From contig JAQFVV010000007.1 in NCBI GenBank assembly GCA_028023455.1, positions 5,456,001-5,520,000 on the forward strand: a stretch of DNA of 64,000 bases, read 5' to 3'. Below, one piece after another: positions 14,816 through 28,256 of this stretch. The position numbers and the translations under genes are program-made. Within the stretch, counting starts at the first letter, position 1. Each line of letters begins with the position of its first letter. Below the pieces are notes generated by a model. The model was not told the origin of the DNA, did no database searches, and saw nothing but the letters and a program-made list of their open reading frames with translations. The DNA comes from Epiperipatus broadwayi. Taxonomy: Eukaryota > Animalia > Onychophora.

Positions 14816-15785
14816 CATCATCAACCATTATCAATCCATTGCAGGATGAAAGTCTCTCCAAGTTCACATGACCTTCTCCAATCTTTAGCTTCTCTTCTCT
14901 ACATCACCCCTGCACACTTTCTTATTTCATCCATCCATCTCACATGTGGTCTCTTTCTGGGTCTTTTACAATCTCTTCGAATTCAATTTAAGATTTCAAT
15001 TGTCCATCTATTATCATCTCTTCTAGCAATATGTCCAGCCCAACTCCACTTCAGTCTTTTAATTTTTACAATGAGGTCAGTAACACCTGTTTGTTCTTTT
15101 ATCCATATATTGCATTTTCAATCTCTTCTTGTTACTCCTAACATGCATCTCTCCATACTTCTTTGAGTAATCTGAAGTCTCTGTATTGCTCTTCTATTAA
15201 GTGTTCAAATCTCAGACCCATAAGTAAGAACGGGCAAAACACATTTACTAAAAACCTTCCTTTTCAAACACATAGGCATATTTCCTTTTAGATTCAAGTT
15301 ATTTCTATCAAAAGCACTCCAACTAAGTTTAATTCTATGATTAATTTCATCCATTATGATTTTCCATCTGTATTAATAATCTGACCAAGGTATTTGTAGC
15401 TGTTAACTTCTTCTAACTCATCATAATCAATCTTTATTTTTATATTTTGAGAAAATCCATTGTACATTACTTTAGTCTTTTTACCATTTATTTTAGTCCT
15501 ATTTTTCTACTTTCATCTGATAACTCCTGCAACATTTTCTGCAGCTCTGAAGCATTATTTGCAAAAACAACTACATCATTTGCAAAATCTAAATGACTTA
15601 AATAATCTTCATTTACTTTCACTCCTTTAGCTTCCCATTTTAATCCACAATATACTTCTTGCAGCACTGCTGTAAAAAGTTTTGGAGATATGGAGTCACC
15701 CTGTCTTACACCTTTCTCAATGTTGAGTTTCCTAATGTCATTATGTAATCTAATTGTTGCTGTTGCATTTTTATAAATATTTTTT
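14816..15785 (-). mobile_element. 5'-truncated RTE LINE (RT domains to 3' tail)
   Basis: GVRQGDSISP, LDFANDVV, YKYLGQII, VLPVLTYGSE motifs on the minus strand; tail at 14816. Confidence 0.9.
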
Positions 15786-16399
15786 TTTTAAATATGACAA
15801 ATTAGGTGGAGTAAATGTAATTAATAGGTCATGTGATATATAAAAACTTTATATCTGGAAAAGGTCTTAATAAGAGATGAAATCCAGGTTGATTATATAT
15901 AATTTGTTGTTTGTTTCAATTTTATTTAAATTGATTACTATATATTAAATATATATCAATAGCAACATTGTGGGCAAATAATTATTTTTATTTTGGATAT
16001 TTGACCATTATATATATTATCCTCTTATTAATTAGTTATCGAATATTTTGGTAATATATAATTCGTAAATACTTAGAATCTAAAAGAACAATATAACAAT
16101 CATTCATTGGTATTTTATTTAGAATAAGGTGAACGAATAGGCAAACTTATATTTATTATATTACATTTTAATTTTATAAAGATTAAAAATATCATTAGCT
16201 TTCTTGTATTTTAAAGGTGTATATGTTGAACAACATGTTTCATGTCACATAGGTATTTATATTTTAGGTTAAACATTTTTATAGATGAAGTTTGATGTAC
16301 AATCACCTATTTTATTAAACTATTTTCAATAGAGAATATTGATTATTTTAATAATCTCCATACTTTCTTTTTCTTTTTTATTCTTCGTATAAATAAAGA

Positions 16400-16610
16400 T
16401 AGAATAAAAGACAAATGACCCCCAAGATGTATTTCATGCTGAACTAGCATTCATCAGTTGGCCCAGGTCACCAGCTCTCATATATTTATTACATAAAGAG
16501 TATTTATCTATGGTGAATTGTCACATCTTTATTTACAACTACCAAACTTGCTTCACTCACAACCTCGACTTTATACATTTTTGATAAACCTAATGGAGAA
16601 TATATCTCAT
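16400..16610 (-). mobile_element. Penelope-like element 3' end (pLTR) remnant
   Basis: Hammerhead motif preceded by YKVEVVSEASLVVVNKDV, resembling a GIY-YIG C-terminus; diverged sibling at about 59215-59310 on the + strand. Confidence 0.5.
16416..16470 (-). ncRNA. Minimal type I hammerhead ribozyme, canonical core
   Basis: TGACC-TGGG-CCAA-CTGATGA-ATGCT-agttc-AGCAT-GAAA-TACAT-C-TTGG-G-GGTCA: intact core, 5-bp stem II, stem I CCAA/TTGG plus TGACC/GGTCA, AUC cleavage triplet. Confidence 0.8.
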
Positions 16611-18688
16611 AATATCTAATTTGATTATATATATCTTAAACACTGATAGATTATTTGTCATATATATATTCATTGTTAATAAATTTTAAATTTTTTTAAA
16701 ATAAATAGACTTGTTTAGTTATCATTCAATTTTATCGTGCAAATCTATTGACTAATAATATTCTGACAAGATAATATTAATATATTCACTTATACTGCAC
16801 AATTTATTATAAGTAATCATGCAACAGTATGGAAATTAAATCATAGTATTGGTGTATATACAATCACATATTATTTTCTTTGTATTAAATTTAATATTTT
16901 ATGATTTGAACCAGAGATATATTTTATGTGGTAATAAATTAAATGATTTAGAATTGTTAGGTATTTAACAGGCAATTAGAAGTTTATTATAGTTATTTTA
17001 TTAGTTATATATAACAATTATGATAGGATGGAAATTTATATCTGAACTGATTCAATAACTTACAAAGTACCAATATAATGATTAGTTAAGATAAGTAAAG
17101 GCAATTACAATTGGATGCTTGCATAATCCTTTAGACTATTATTTAGTTATAAAGGTGATAATCTTATTATATTATAAAGCTGGTTATGGTATATATCGAA
17201 ATTGATATTTGAAATTCATTAAATAAAGTGATTTGCTTTAATCACATTTAAAAGCTCATCAGCATAGATTGTAAATTTAATTTAAATATTAAGTTTTGAT
17301 ATTGACATTTGATTGTAATAGATTATTATTAATATTAGACATATTAAGTTAATTATAATTTAAAATTTAACAATTTAACTTTATTAGTTTGTAAGATAAT
17401 TAGCAGTGATTTGTTAATAGTATTTGCATAAGTATCAAATAAGAATATTTCATTTAGCTCAGGCTGTCATGATTAGATATCACAAATTTTATGTTTATTT
17501 AAAGGGTTGAATTTGTTTTATATTATTATAAGTTGTTGACATTTGTGATATACACTAAATTAATCGATCTTGTGTATTATATTTTATTACAGTTTAGTAT
17601 TCAATTTGAGATTATGAATTTACAAATTTTTAAAAGACAAAGTTTTATATATTTTATTAAGAATAGATTAATATACATAAATTTGTACATTAACAAGACC
17701 TTTTATTATTTTTAAATATGTCATTTTATTACAATTGATTTATTTAGTAAGAGTATATTACTATTCTAAAATATTATTGCTTCATTAGTATTGTCTTTAT
17801 TTTCATTTTTATTACCATTATTTTCATATTATTTAAGTACCATTAGCGATTAACTATTGGATTATACTTTACTTAATTAATGTTAATGTTGTAAATTTGC
17901 AAGTTATATTCAAGTTTTCATTTCTAATTCTTATCAATTTCATTTTGTTACAAATACTTTCTGAATTGGTAGAGTTTATTAAGGTCATTATTTTTATTCA
18001 GTCATGAATTATTTTATTCAGTTGTAAATAGCATTTAACATATAGGATAAGTTTATATCATTATAAATGGTGTCTCAATTCATGAGGAACACTAAAATTT
18101 ATCCTTTGTCATCATTTTATTCTGTTACAAATAATTTGTTCAATGTAGAGATATTATTATTTATAAGACAGTATTGTTCCGTTATTGTTGTCTTTATTTC
18201 CAATTCATTACAAATGGTAATTAACAATTAGGTTACAGTTTTATTTTATTACAAATGTCTGCAATTCTTGGGATGTTATTAAACCAAAATCATTTCTTTC
18301 ATGGCTCATTTTCATTCTGTTACAAATGGCGCCCAAATCTGTGGGGCTATTAAATGAGTTTAGCACATTTTATTCTGTTACAATATGTATACACACACAT
18401 ACTTTGTGAATAGCAGATGTTGGATATTGTAAAACATTTATTTTAATAAATAATAATGATTATGTTTTTCCAGTTTTATTTTTTACCCTTATATATCATT
18501 TATTGTTCTCCGTTTCTTATATAAACAATGGATCAGAATTTCATTATATATATATAATCTTGTTAAATAATAAAATTAAAAATTTATGTTTAAATCTTGA
18601 ACTTAGATTTTTTTTTCCAATAGATAAATTAGCATTAAATTAAAATCCATACAATTTGATAATAACATTTTCTATTATTATTTTTTAG

Positions 18689-18740
18689 TTTTTCCTGCTG
18701 GAATTTTACAATCACCATTCTATGATAAAAATTATCCCAA
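18689..18740 (+). CDS. M13 peptidase exon, (V)FPAGILQSPFYDKNYP(K)
   Basis: ttttag| and |gtaagt; FPAGILQxPF is the conserved M13 segment following VNAYY; in frame with both neighbours. Confidence 0.96.
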
Positions 18741-18825
18741 GTAAGTTTGTATTGATTATTCATATATATGTAATATTTTAAATTATTACAATGAGCTTTA
18801 TATGATTATATAAATAATAGGCACA

Positions 18826-19037
18826 GTGTTCAGAAGTTAAGCCACCAAACATCACATCTAGGTTTAGTGCTCTCAGATCCAAGGCTCCTCACTGATGAAA
18901 GCCACAAGCTAAAAACTAGTTTGGGGATATTGGATAAATAGGTACTAGATAGGGATTTTATGCACAAACCTTCTTGTATCCATTGATTACTCTGGCTTGC
19001 ATTGAGTGGCACTACTATATGGAGAGTTTTGCCTGTT
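18826..19037. mobile_element. Partial member of the AAACAGGCAAAACTC MITE family
   Basis: Ends in ggcactactatatggagagttttgcctgtt; internal part is the inverse of 59640-59770. Confidence 0.75.
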
Positions 19038-19699
19038 CTTCAGAGGTTATGGTGCTTTTTTATTATTTCTCCAGTTTAGACTCTTCCAGATACCATAACA
19101 TCTTATTCTAATGGCATCAGTCCATATCTTATAAAATATTAATTTCTCTTGTTTGTGGCTGCATATAATTATTTAGTATTAAAGAAATATTTCAGTTTGT
19201 TATATTACTTGTTATAGTTTCAGTTTAGCTCAGATTTTTAATATATTGTTTCAGAAATAGCAACTTATAAGTTAAATGTTATAATAATAATAAAAAATTT
19301 TGTTTTAAATTTCAAATTATAGAATAATCCCCAGTTATTATGAATATTTGAGATGGTGTAAGGATAACCATAATTAACATGTACAATATATTAAAAAATA
19401 GATTGTTACTTCTGAATTTTCTAAAATGAAATATGTTTTTAAATACAAACATTCATAAATGAAACACCACATTAAATTTAACATTTTATTATGTATAGAA
19501 TAATATTAACTGCAACCCTTTGTAACATGAATTCTTGTGATATTACTGAGGATAATAACTGCATCACAACTTCAGACATAAAGATTCTAAGCTATCACAA
19601 TATTTTAAGCTCTCAAAAGAAAAGTGAATATGTGGTGTTGACAGCCGTAAGATATCTCAAGTACCAGATAATATTCCAATTTCTCTTCATTTAAAAACA

Positions 19700-20220
19700 C
19701 GATAAAATTATTTTAACTTAACATTGAAGATAGAAATTCTCTAAAAATTATTTTTTCAGCAAAATATTAATGTAATTGTAATCCAAGATACTCATCTTTC
19801 TTTTAATAAAGCATGCCCTCTTAAAATTCCTGGAATACAGAATGTATTACCTATTTTTATTTCAAACCATTTTATAAAATAAAAAATTTCCATGCAGATA
19901 AATGTTATTGTGACATTTTAATAGATAATTCTTCCTTATGTGATATTTACAATCATCTCAAGATAATGCACTGGGAACTTATATCTAATCATAAAACCGA
20001 AATTTAAATTCAGAAATAGTACTTGAATTTTATATATATACAAAATTTTATTTTATCCATTTGGGACAAACTAATAATGATATAGATCCATTATGGATAA
20101 GGACACTACTTTCTGAAGGGAGAGAGTACAAAAGCAGTAATTCAAAATAACCCAATTACATACTCTCTATGTACTCATCTGGGGAACCTATTTCTCTTAA
20201 GTTAGAAACAAATTATCCAA
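19700..20220 (+). mobile_element. Decayed LINE APE endonuclease fragment
   Basis: NINVIVIQDTH-like start and a weak DxHHxLWG-like remnant near 20080-20110. Confidence 0.35.
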
Positions 20221-21649
20221 TAAGATCACAATGGCACATGATAAATAAATTTACATAATTTTATTCATTAATCATTTAATAAAAGGAAGACACACAACAT
20301 ACACTTATATAAAAAAAACCTGATGATTATTGACACACATACACACATATATATTTACAAATATTTTGCAACTTTACAATAAATCATTAACAAATATTTT
20401 ATAATAATAATAAAGTTCATCATGATATAAATTGAAAGTTAATAACATAAAAAAATAACTAATACAACTTTCTTATTTATTATTATTATTAGGTCTTTTC
20501 TGGAAAATAAATCTTATCATCGTATTGCTTTAATGTTATATGATCATACAAAAGAAAACATTCTTTTACTTTAAAATAAGGGAATTTCTTTATCCCAAGA
20601 TCATTTAATCTACTTAACTGTCCAAGTGTTGCAAAACATTTATTTTCTTCTTCTTTATATTCACAATCTTAGAGAAGCAGTACTTAATATTTCCTTTATA
20701 GTGTTTTTTTCAAACAAAATCTTCTCTTAGTAGAATATAAACTTTCCAGATGAAATACTGATATTATAGACGGATCATGTCTGTGCATTTTTAACAATAT
20801 TGATGACTAAATCATATTTCTTATAAGTAGATATTTAATCGAGAATAGCAACAGATTTAAATCCCAGGTAAGTGATAATTTTAATGCAGCTTCTTGGATC
20901 TCATTTCATATTTAAACTTTTATAGGGAATTATCTCCACTGGTTTGACCAGAAACAGTTCCACATGGTTTCAGGCTTCAAGTGGGCATATATTAAATTTA
21001 GGCCATCATAATTTTATTTTGTAAAACAATTGCAGTTCAACTTAATAAATGATTTTCTATCAAAATTACCTCTGCATTTATTTTCCTCCACCAAAGCTTA
21101 ACTAGGAATATATTGTATCCAGATAAATGGCTAAACTTCTCATCTTATATTTTAAACAACAAAATGTCCTCCAATCTTGCAGAACTCTTTAAAAACTAAT
21201 TACTACCAAACCTTTTCATTTTTCTCTTTTTAGTTATCACTACATGAGTTTAAATCTATTTCAGTTCCCATTCTCTATAATTACATTTATTCAATTAAAA
21301 GTTTTGTTATTTATAAAAAAATTAACATTTGTATTTTATTTTATAAAGACATTTTTCAATTTCAATTTATAGATTAGCATCGGAATTTATATGATTCTAT
21401 TAACATAAATGTCTTTCTCTTATCTAATTATATCAACAAAAAATTTAACAGTGACAATACTAAATAATCAAATTAACATAAAATATTTTATGTTTGTGCT
21501 CATAATCAACAATCATTCACATTTATTAGAATTGTAAATGAAATATTTTTTAATCTTATTGTACTACTATTTTATTTTTTTAATAAATTAAAAACAAAAA
21601 ACTGCAAATATTATAATGCAGAATGTCTTTGGATTGAGTGTTTTATTCT

Positions 21650-24250
21650 AGTGCTATAATAAATTGACCCTATTATCTTTCAGGCTTTTTTGTTCCTACT
21701 ATATTTCAATTTTCATATCTTTGGGGATCTGTAATTGAAAATCAAGCAAGTCATCAAGTTTTAGAATAGGTGGATTTAAACAGAATGTATTTTATGATGT
21801 CAAGCAAAAAAAAAATATTTCATTCAGGGAAATAGGAACTAAAAACTATTCTGGATTTATGTATTTTTTGGCAAAAAAAAAAAAAGATTTACCATTACCT
21901 ACTGAGCTATTGATATTAGATTATTTTTCCCCATCATCAACATAAACTATATGCAATCATTTTTGGAGCTTACATGGCTATAATTTAATGTCATCATGTT
22001 GAAATGGAATTTAAGGAAAGCTAATTGAAGTTAGTACACTAGATATATTAAAAAAGAATATTAATACGATCTCTCCAATTCCTTCTTATCATAAAAAATT
22101 CATCAGACTCATAATAACAGCTACCAGAGTCCATCCTTAATGGCATAATGGAATCAATTCATTCCCGGGTGAAACAAAACCAGCAGTGACTTTTATAAAC
22201 AATTTTTTAACTACCGGCAATTCAAAAATTTTTATCAAACTTTTAAAATTACTGGATGATGCCAGAAATGAAAAGTGGGGGAGAGGCCATCATAAACAAA
22301 AGAATTTACAAGATCACTTTTGCTAAAGACTGATGAACATAATAGTACCTCTAAAAAATGTACTACTCATTTTTTTATTTATTGCAGTTGACAATCTTAT
22401 ATGTCATACCCTTAAATCCCTGATTCATAGAATGAAAAAAAAAAGCATTATTAGAGCAGAATTATATGATTGTTGTTCGCAGTATATTCCATTAATATTA
22501 ATCTGATAAAATCAGTAGATCATCATGAACTTGCCCTTAATTTTCCTTAAACCAGAAAAAGCTCCAAAAACATTACATCATACTTCTAAAGCCTTTAAAT
22601 ATTTAGGATCTAATTCCAAAGCATGCTTAGCAAAACTATTATATAACATTGTTCATGGAAAAACTATTCTAAAAATTTAGCACAAAAACAAAAATATAGC
22701 AACCTTAACACCAAATAAACAGCAATGACCAAAGAAATTATCAACCAATATCATTATTTTGTGTATCTGCATAATTTTTGAAAGAAAAATATTAGCAAGA
22801 ATTTTGACAGTAGTTGAGCATCATCTACCTATTGATCAGACTGGATGTAAATTATGAAGAAGCTACTGTGAACAAGTTTTATATTAAAATCTCACTTTAA
22901 AAAAGACTTGTAAAATAAATTAAAGCTAATATTATTGATCTTACAACAGTCTGTGATTATATTTGAGAAATAGTGTTCTCATCATCATCATCATCAACCA
23001 TTATCAATCCACTGCAGGATTAAGGTCTCTCCAAGTTCAATCCATCTTTTCCTATCTTTAGCTTCTCTTCTCCACATCATCCCTGCACACTTTCTTATTT
23101 CATCCACTCATCTAACATGTGGTCTCTTTCTGGGGTTTTTACAATCTAATAGTGTTCTAAAACTTTTTAAATGCAGAAAATCATTAATTTTCTTTACAAA
23201 ATATTTTCCAATAGAAAAATTAAAGTGGCACTAAATGATAATTGTAGTACATTTAATATTTTACAGAACATCCTGCTTTGGGATTCATTTCTATCACCAA
23301 CTTTTTTAAATATATTTATCAGTGATGTTTCCAAAATTGAATGACAGAAATTCAATTACAATGATCATATTGGTTTGATTTCTTAAAGAGTTCTTTTCCT
23401 GAAATAGAAAGGTATTTCAATAAGGATGTGAAAAAAGTAGAAATCTTTCTTAAAGAATAGGGTCTTATTTCTAATCCAATAAAGATAGCAAAGTCAATTT
23501 TCATCGAAATAATTGAAAATCATGTAATAATATGAATATAACTTTTTTAAATAAAAGCCTGAAACTATTCTACCCAACACTATTTAAAAGCAATCTTGGA
23601 TCATAATTTCCTCATTGGCTAAGGTTAAATGAAAAATATTATTTTTAAGTGTGACCCTCTTGGAATAATAGCTAGCACTAAGATTATGGTGCAAATAATT
23701 TATAAATAGTTTCTTTAATGTAAGCATATTTTTTTTGTGAATATTGTGCCTTTATTTGAAAAAAAAGTTCTCATATTAAATTTCAGGATACTCAGTTAAA
23801 TATTACCATAAGAAATACTGTTGGCATGCTCAAGTATACTCTTTTGCAATGGAAATATTATTTCTTCCAAATATCAGAAGAGAAGTTGCTTCATATAAAA
23901 TATATAAAAAGATGTTAAGCAGATCAGAATCCCAATAACTCAAGATATAATTTCACCATCTAAAACTTGCTTCATACCAATATCACCTTTTGGATATTCA
24001 ACCAAGAATCTATAATCAAAGAATTATGGCTAAAAATAATATTCTTATCAAGACAAATTTCTTTGTCCAGCTCCAACAATAAATCCAGCTAGATTTCATC
24101 ATCTTAGATACAACTGGAGTCTCATCAATAGATTTAGGACAATTCACAGCATCTATGTAAATGTGGATGAACACAAACTATAAACAACATTGTTAATGAT
24201 TACAAACTTTATGGATATAGTGGAATAATTTAAGGTCTTAATAAAACCAC
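21650..24250 (+). mobile_element. Decayed Ingi/Vingi-like (I-group) LINE, APE + RT
   Basis: Vestiges of GDFNxHHxLWG, LDYFPHHQHK, PISLFCVSA.IFERKILAR, LPIDQTG and QN.L.GS.LSPTFxNIFISD; interrupted by an RTE insertion. Clade assignment is inferred. Confidence 0.55.
22980..23147 (-). mobile_element. 168-bp RTE 3' fragment with 11-bp target-site duplication
   Basis: AATAGTGTTCT at 22969-22979 and 23148-23158; (cat)n tail; inserted inside the older LINE. Confidence 0.92.
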
Positions 24251-24379
24251 TGGTGAATTTAATTCCCAGTGGAATCTCTACATCTTCCTATATGATATTT
24301 CGTTAATAGTTAGGCTGTCAAAAAATCATATAGTAAACAAATATAGCACATTCCATTTCCAAATAATAAAGTTAAAATA

Positions 24380-25110
24380 CTGCCCTTGAGATGAATTTTG
24401 AAATAACAATACAAATCAATCTTGAAACAAAAATATGTCCACTTATAAATCATACTGTTTCATTATTCTGTTTATTAGATATTTTTCATAGTTATCTTTT
24501 AAGTGCTTCAAAAGAATATTTTCCTTTCTGGTATACTTCAGCACCATTTCTAATTGTAGTTGTCTAAAGTATTCTATTCTCTGCTAAATCTTGCCAATGG
24601 AAAAGAATCAGCATTGCATTTCTTTAGAATATCTGTGATAATTTCTGTAGAAATAAATCATCTATTTCTCCCACGATGTCCTTTTAATGTCTTCTATCAT
24701 ATCCATTTGTTCTCTGTGTTTAGTTCAAAGTGTGGTTTTACAATAAAGAAGGTAATACTTTAATATCTATAAACTTGAAGAATTTAATTGTTTGGTTTTA
24801 TAATCTTTCCATTGCATTTTTAAAATTTTCCAGAATATCCTTTTTAAATAAAACATTTCTAATGCCTTTATATTGTATCAATAGGATGTCCAAGACTCAC
24901 TTTCATGTAATAACAGCCCCCTATATACAGCTAAGTTAGTTGTAGTAATTATTACCCAGAGATGAATTGCCCTATCTTTTAACTTATTAAAAGTAGCTGC
25001 CACACACTGGATTCTATATTGTACCTCATCACCAAAGACTATCTTTCTATTCATAAGATACCAAAACATTTAAATTAGCTTAGATTCTCAAGTTCATAAT
25101 CACTAGATGT
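24380..25110 (-). mobile_element. RTE-BovB-like LINE ORF2 C-terminal fragment
   Basis: DEVQYRIQCVAATFNKLK..NLAVYRGLLLHESESWTSY and downstream QLE/GH..R-like motifs. Confidence 0.7.
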
Positions 25111-25773
25111 ATATAAAGAATATGAAGTTTTTAACATAATTAATAAAGCAATGTCTTCCTTTCAAATCATTAAGTACATAAAACATTTTTTTCACACAGA
25201 AGCTTTCTGATCACTTAAGCTGCTGTGTTTAAAAAATAATAACAATGTGAATTTTTTTGACAATTCAACATTAACCACATACACGCACACATATATATAC
25301 AAATTTAATGAGTTGTTAAAAAGAATAGTGCAGTTTAATTTTCTCTTTATTTACAGGTAAACAAATTACACCAAATACCGAATTAATAAGGGCAAAATTA
25401 AGATTACAAATTTATCACAACTAATAGTTTCATTGCCAGGGCAGATGTCTCAAGTACAAAGTACATAAACCCAAAAGAGATTTATATTAACCTGTGTTCC
25501 CATAATTCTAACTAGCATTACAATTACTTTTAATATCAAAAGAACCTAAATGAAGTTAAAAGTTTCAGAATCAGAAATTTTCAATAGTAAAAATAGTTTA
25601 TACATATAAACTCTATAGCATCTCTAGAAATTTAGACTATTTTATTAGTTTATTTTAATTTCATTTTGCATTTTTATCTATTATAAGTAATATAATTATC
25701 TATTAAGTTTAGAAATTTTTTAGTTTGTTAAATTTCTTGTATTTCATTAATTTTTTTATACTATTATTTTTAG

Positions 25774-25841
25774 ATCTTTGAATTTTGGTGGTATGGGAGT
25801 TGTCATGGGTCATGAGCTAACTCATGGTTTTGATGATCAAG
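25774..25841 (+). CDS. M13 peptidase catalytic exon, [22 protein letters not shown](G)
   Basis: ttttag| and |gtattt; contains the HExxH zinc motif (HELTH) in the M13 context GHExTHGFDDxG. Confidence 0.98.
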
Positions 25842-26105
25842 GTATTTTTTTTAATATAGTATGGTAATACAGTTCAAAACAGCCTATTTATTTAATGATT
25901 TATTATTTGATTGAGTTAGCCCCACATAAATGCAATCTTCTTTTCCAATTAATATTGACTGTGTTAACTAGATTAATTATTCATTATAGTCATAAAAAAT
26001 AGTGTTATTACTAGAAACAGTATTGCTTTATGGATCTCTTCAATATATCCAATAGTCTGAAACTATTATATATTTGTGATTGAATTAGAAGAATGGTATG
26101 ATATT

Positions 26106-26537
26106 TGTAATGTCTTCACCCCTAAGCTTTTCCAGAGGGGTAAAAAATACTTACAATCCGATTGAACTTGGCTGAACAACTCTTAAAACTATTGTGCCGC
26201 AAATAGCTCTTAATAGCTTTACGTATCCAACTTCTGTTAACAAGACTGTAACAAGTGTGCGATGTTTTCCTCTAGCAGTTTATATATCCCTCACTTCTTT
26301 TGTTAAGTCTTATCTGCTACATTCCGAAAACTTAATCACATGTTTTCCAAATCCGTTTTATTGTTCTTACTTTAATTAGTTATTTTTATCTCTGATAAAA
26401 ATAATCCCACAACTTGTTTTTAATTATAATTATTTTCCATTATAATTATTTTTACTTTCAACTAAAATAAATCGAAAACTTCTGAAGTAAATTGTCTCTA
26501 GTGAACTCGTTGTTTATTTCTCAACGCGAATACAACA
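26106..26537 (-). repeat. 3' LTR
   Basis: Direct repeat of 28257-28691; TGTAA...CAACA. Confidence 0.95.
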
Positions 26538-26553
26538 CTTCCTCCCCTCACTC
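26538..26553 (-). promoter_or_regulatory. Polypurine tract
   Basis: Minus-strand GAGTGAGGGGAGGAAG abuts the 3' LTR. Confidence 0.85.
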
Positions 26554-26641
26554 CAGAAGTTAGAGTTTATTTACATTACACATACTCATTCAATATGTGC
26601 GGTTTCCTTTTTCAGCTTGGGGAAACACTTGATTTTTCCAA

Positions 26642-28181
26642 TTAATCGACATAACCTTGAAAATAGTGTGAACTCTTCTTTTTTCTTGCCGCCTTTAGTG
26701 CTTTTTTCTTCTGCTTGGAGAAACTCTGGGTTCCCTTTTGCTCTTCGTTTTTTGTCTCTGGCTGCTCACTGTCTAAAGATTTCCGTTCTAAAAAATCTTC
26801 GAACGTGTCAATTTCATTTTCACTTTTGGCCATCTTTTCCTGTAGTTCCATTTTATACTGCTGCCAACTCTCTACCTTTTCGGATAATTCTGACATTGCG
26901 AGTTCGCTTTTTACATCTTTGTTCGATCTTTCAAAACTCTGACATTCTGAAAATTTGCTTTGTAATTTTTTACTAAGTTCTAAATTTTGTTGTTCGAGTT
27001 CTTCTTTTACTTTATTTAATTCATAAACATCCAGTTTTAATTTGTGCACTTCTTTTGATAGTTCTTTAGACGATTTTTCATAGCGTCGACTAGAAATGCA
27101 CACATTGGTTACACTATGCTCTAATTCCATTACTCGTTCTCTAGAAAATTTCAATCTTCATTGAAATTCTTCCAGTTCATTTTCTAATTTGGAATTATAG
27201 CTTTCCAGTTCTTGTAACTGCAAGTTAAGTTGTAGCTCCAATTGCGTCTTTCTCTCAAGCATGGCAGCTAATTTTTGGTTACGTGACTCCAATTCTTATA
27301 GTTTAGTGATCTGTCTTTGTCTTTGTAAAAAAGTCCTATATCTCACGGCCATGCTTTGTCCCTTAATTGATACATAGCCAATGGTATACGTTGTATCATC
27401 TGTGCCTGGATTATATTTTGTTTGTCATGTTTTTTTGCATACAGCTGCTAAATGTCCTTTAAATCCGCAGTTATAACAGTTTTCTTTTCTCCATTTACAA
27501 TTTTTAGATACATGGCCAGTTTTACCACAGCAGAAACATTTCACTGTTAACATTTTCTCTCTGTTAAGATTTTCATTCTTCAGCTGCTGACTTCAATCTG
27601 TTTTATAAACTGCCATCTTTGCTGGTCTCTTCTGAGTTGTTTCTAAAAGCTAGGGCTTGCTCAATTACTGCTTCATATGCTATTCCTTTTTAATAGCGAC
27701 TTCGTATGATAAGTCACTTTCCATTAACAATGTCTGCCACAATCTTTCGTTGTACATTCCCCACAATAATTGATCCAAAAGCTTGTTCTAAAAATTTGCC
27801 ATAATCACAGTTTTTTGACAGCTGTTTTAATACTATATCATAGTCTTTAATTTTTTTCTCCCTGGCTTGCTTTCTATTTCTCAGAGTTAATCTAGCTATG
27901 GGTCTAAACGGCTTTGGGTTAAAATAGTCCGTTAATTTTTTAACTATATCTTCAAAATGTACTTCATCAGTTATCGGTCCATCCCATAATTATTTAATAA
28001 TTTCTATGAATTTGTATCCTCCTAAACATAAAAGTGCGGCCACTTTTTTTTCATTATTTTTTATCCCATTTAACTTGAAAAAATTTTCTAATTGCATTAT
28101 ATAGAGAGGCCATTCCTCAGCATTTTCAATGCTAAATTCAGGAATACTGCTTTGTCCTAATGACATTTTACTTGTTTCCAA
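26642..28181 (-). pseudogene. gag: gag (Mag-like) continuing in frame into a ~260-aa coiled-coil region
   Basis: IPEFSIENAEEWPLYIMQLENFFKLNGI.., [28 protein letters not shown]; the same frame continues to 26642 with stops at 27427, 27298 and 27160; the middle of gag carries further lesions. Confidence 0.85.
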
Positions 28182-28229
28182 ATGTATTGGTTGACATTCT
28201 CATCTCGCTTATTCTTTCAAGTTTTACTA

Positions 28230-28252
28230 GGTTCGAAACTTAGACTGTGCCA
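28230..28252 (-). promoter_or_regulatory. Primer-binding site, probably tRNA-Ser
   Basis: TGGCACAGTCTAAGTTTCGAACC 4 nt inside the 5' LTR; resembles the complement of a tRNA-Ser 3' end (TGGCGCAGTC..ATTCGAACC). Confidence 0.65.
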
Positions 28253-28256
28253 ATCT

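Noticed and set aside
17225-17270. Minus-strand CTGATGA-GCTTT...AAAGC-AAAT
   Set aside because: Stem II is plausible, but GAAA, stem III and stem I are all missing and there is no PLE context.
18886-18905. CTGATGAAAGCC
   Set aside because: No stem II or stem I; internal MITE sequence.
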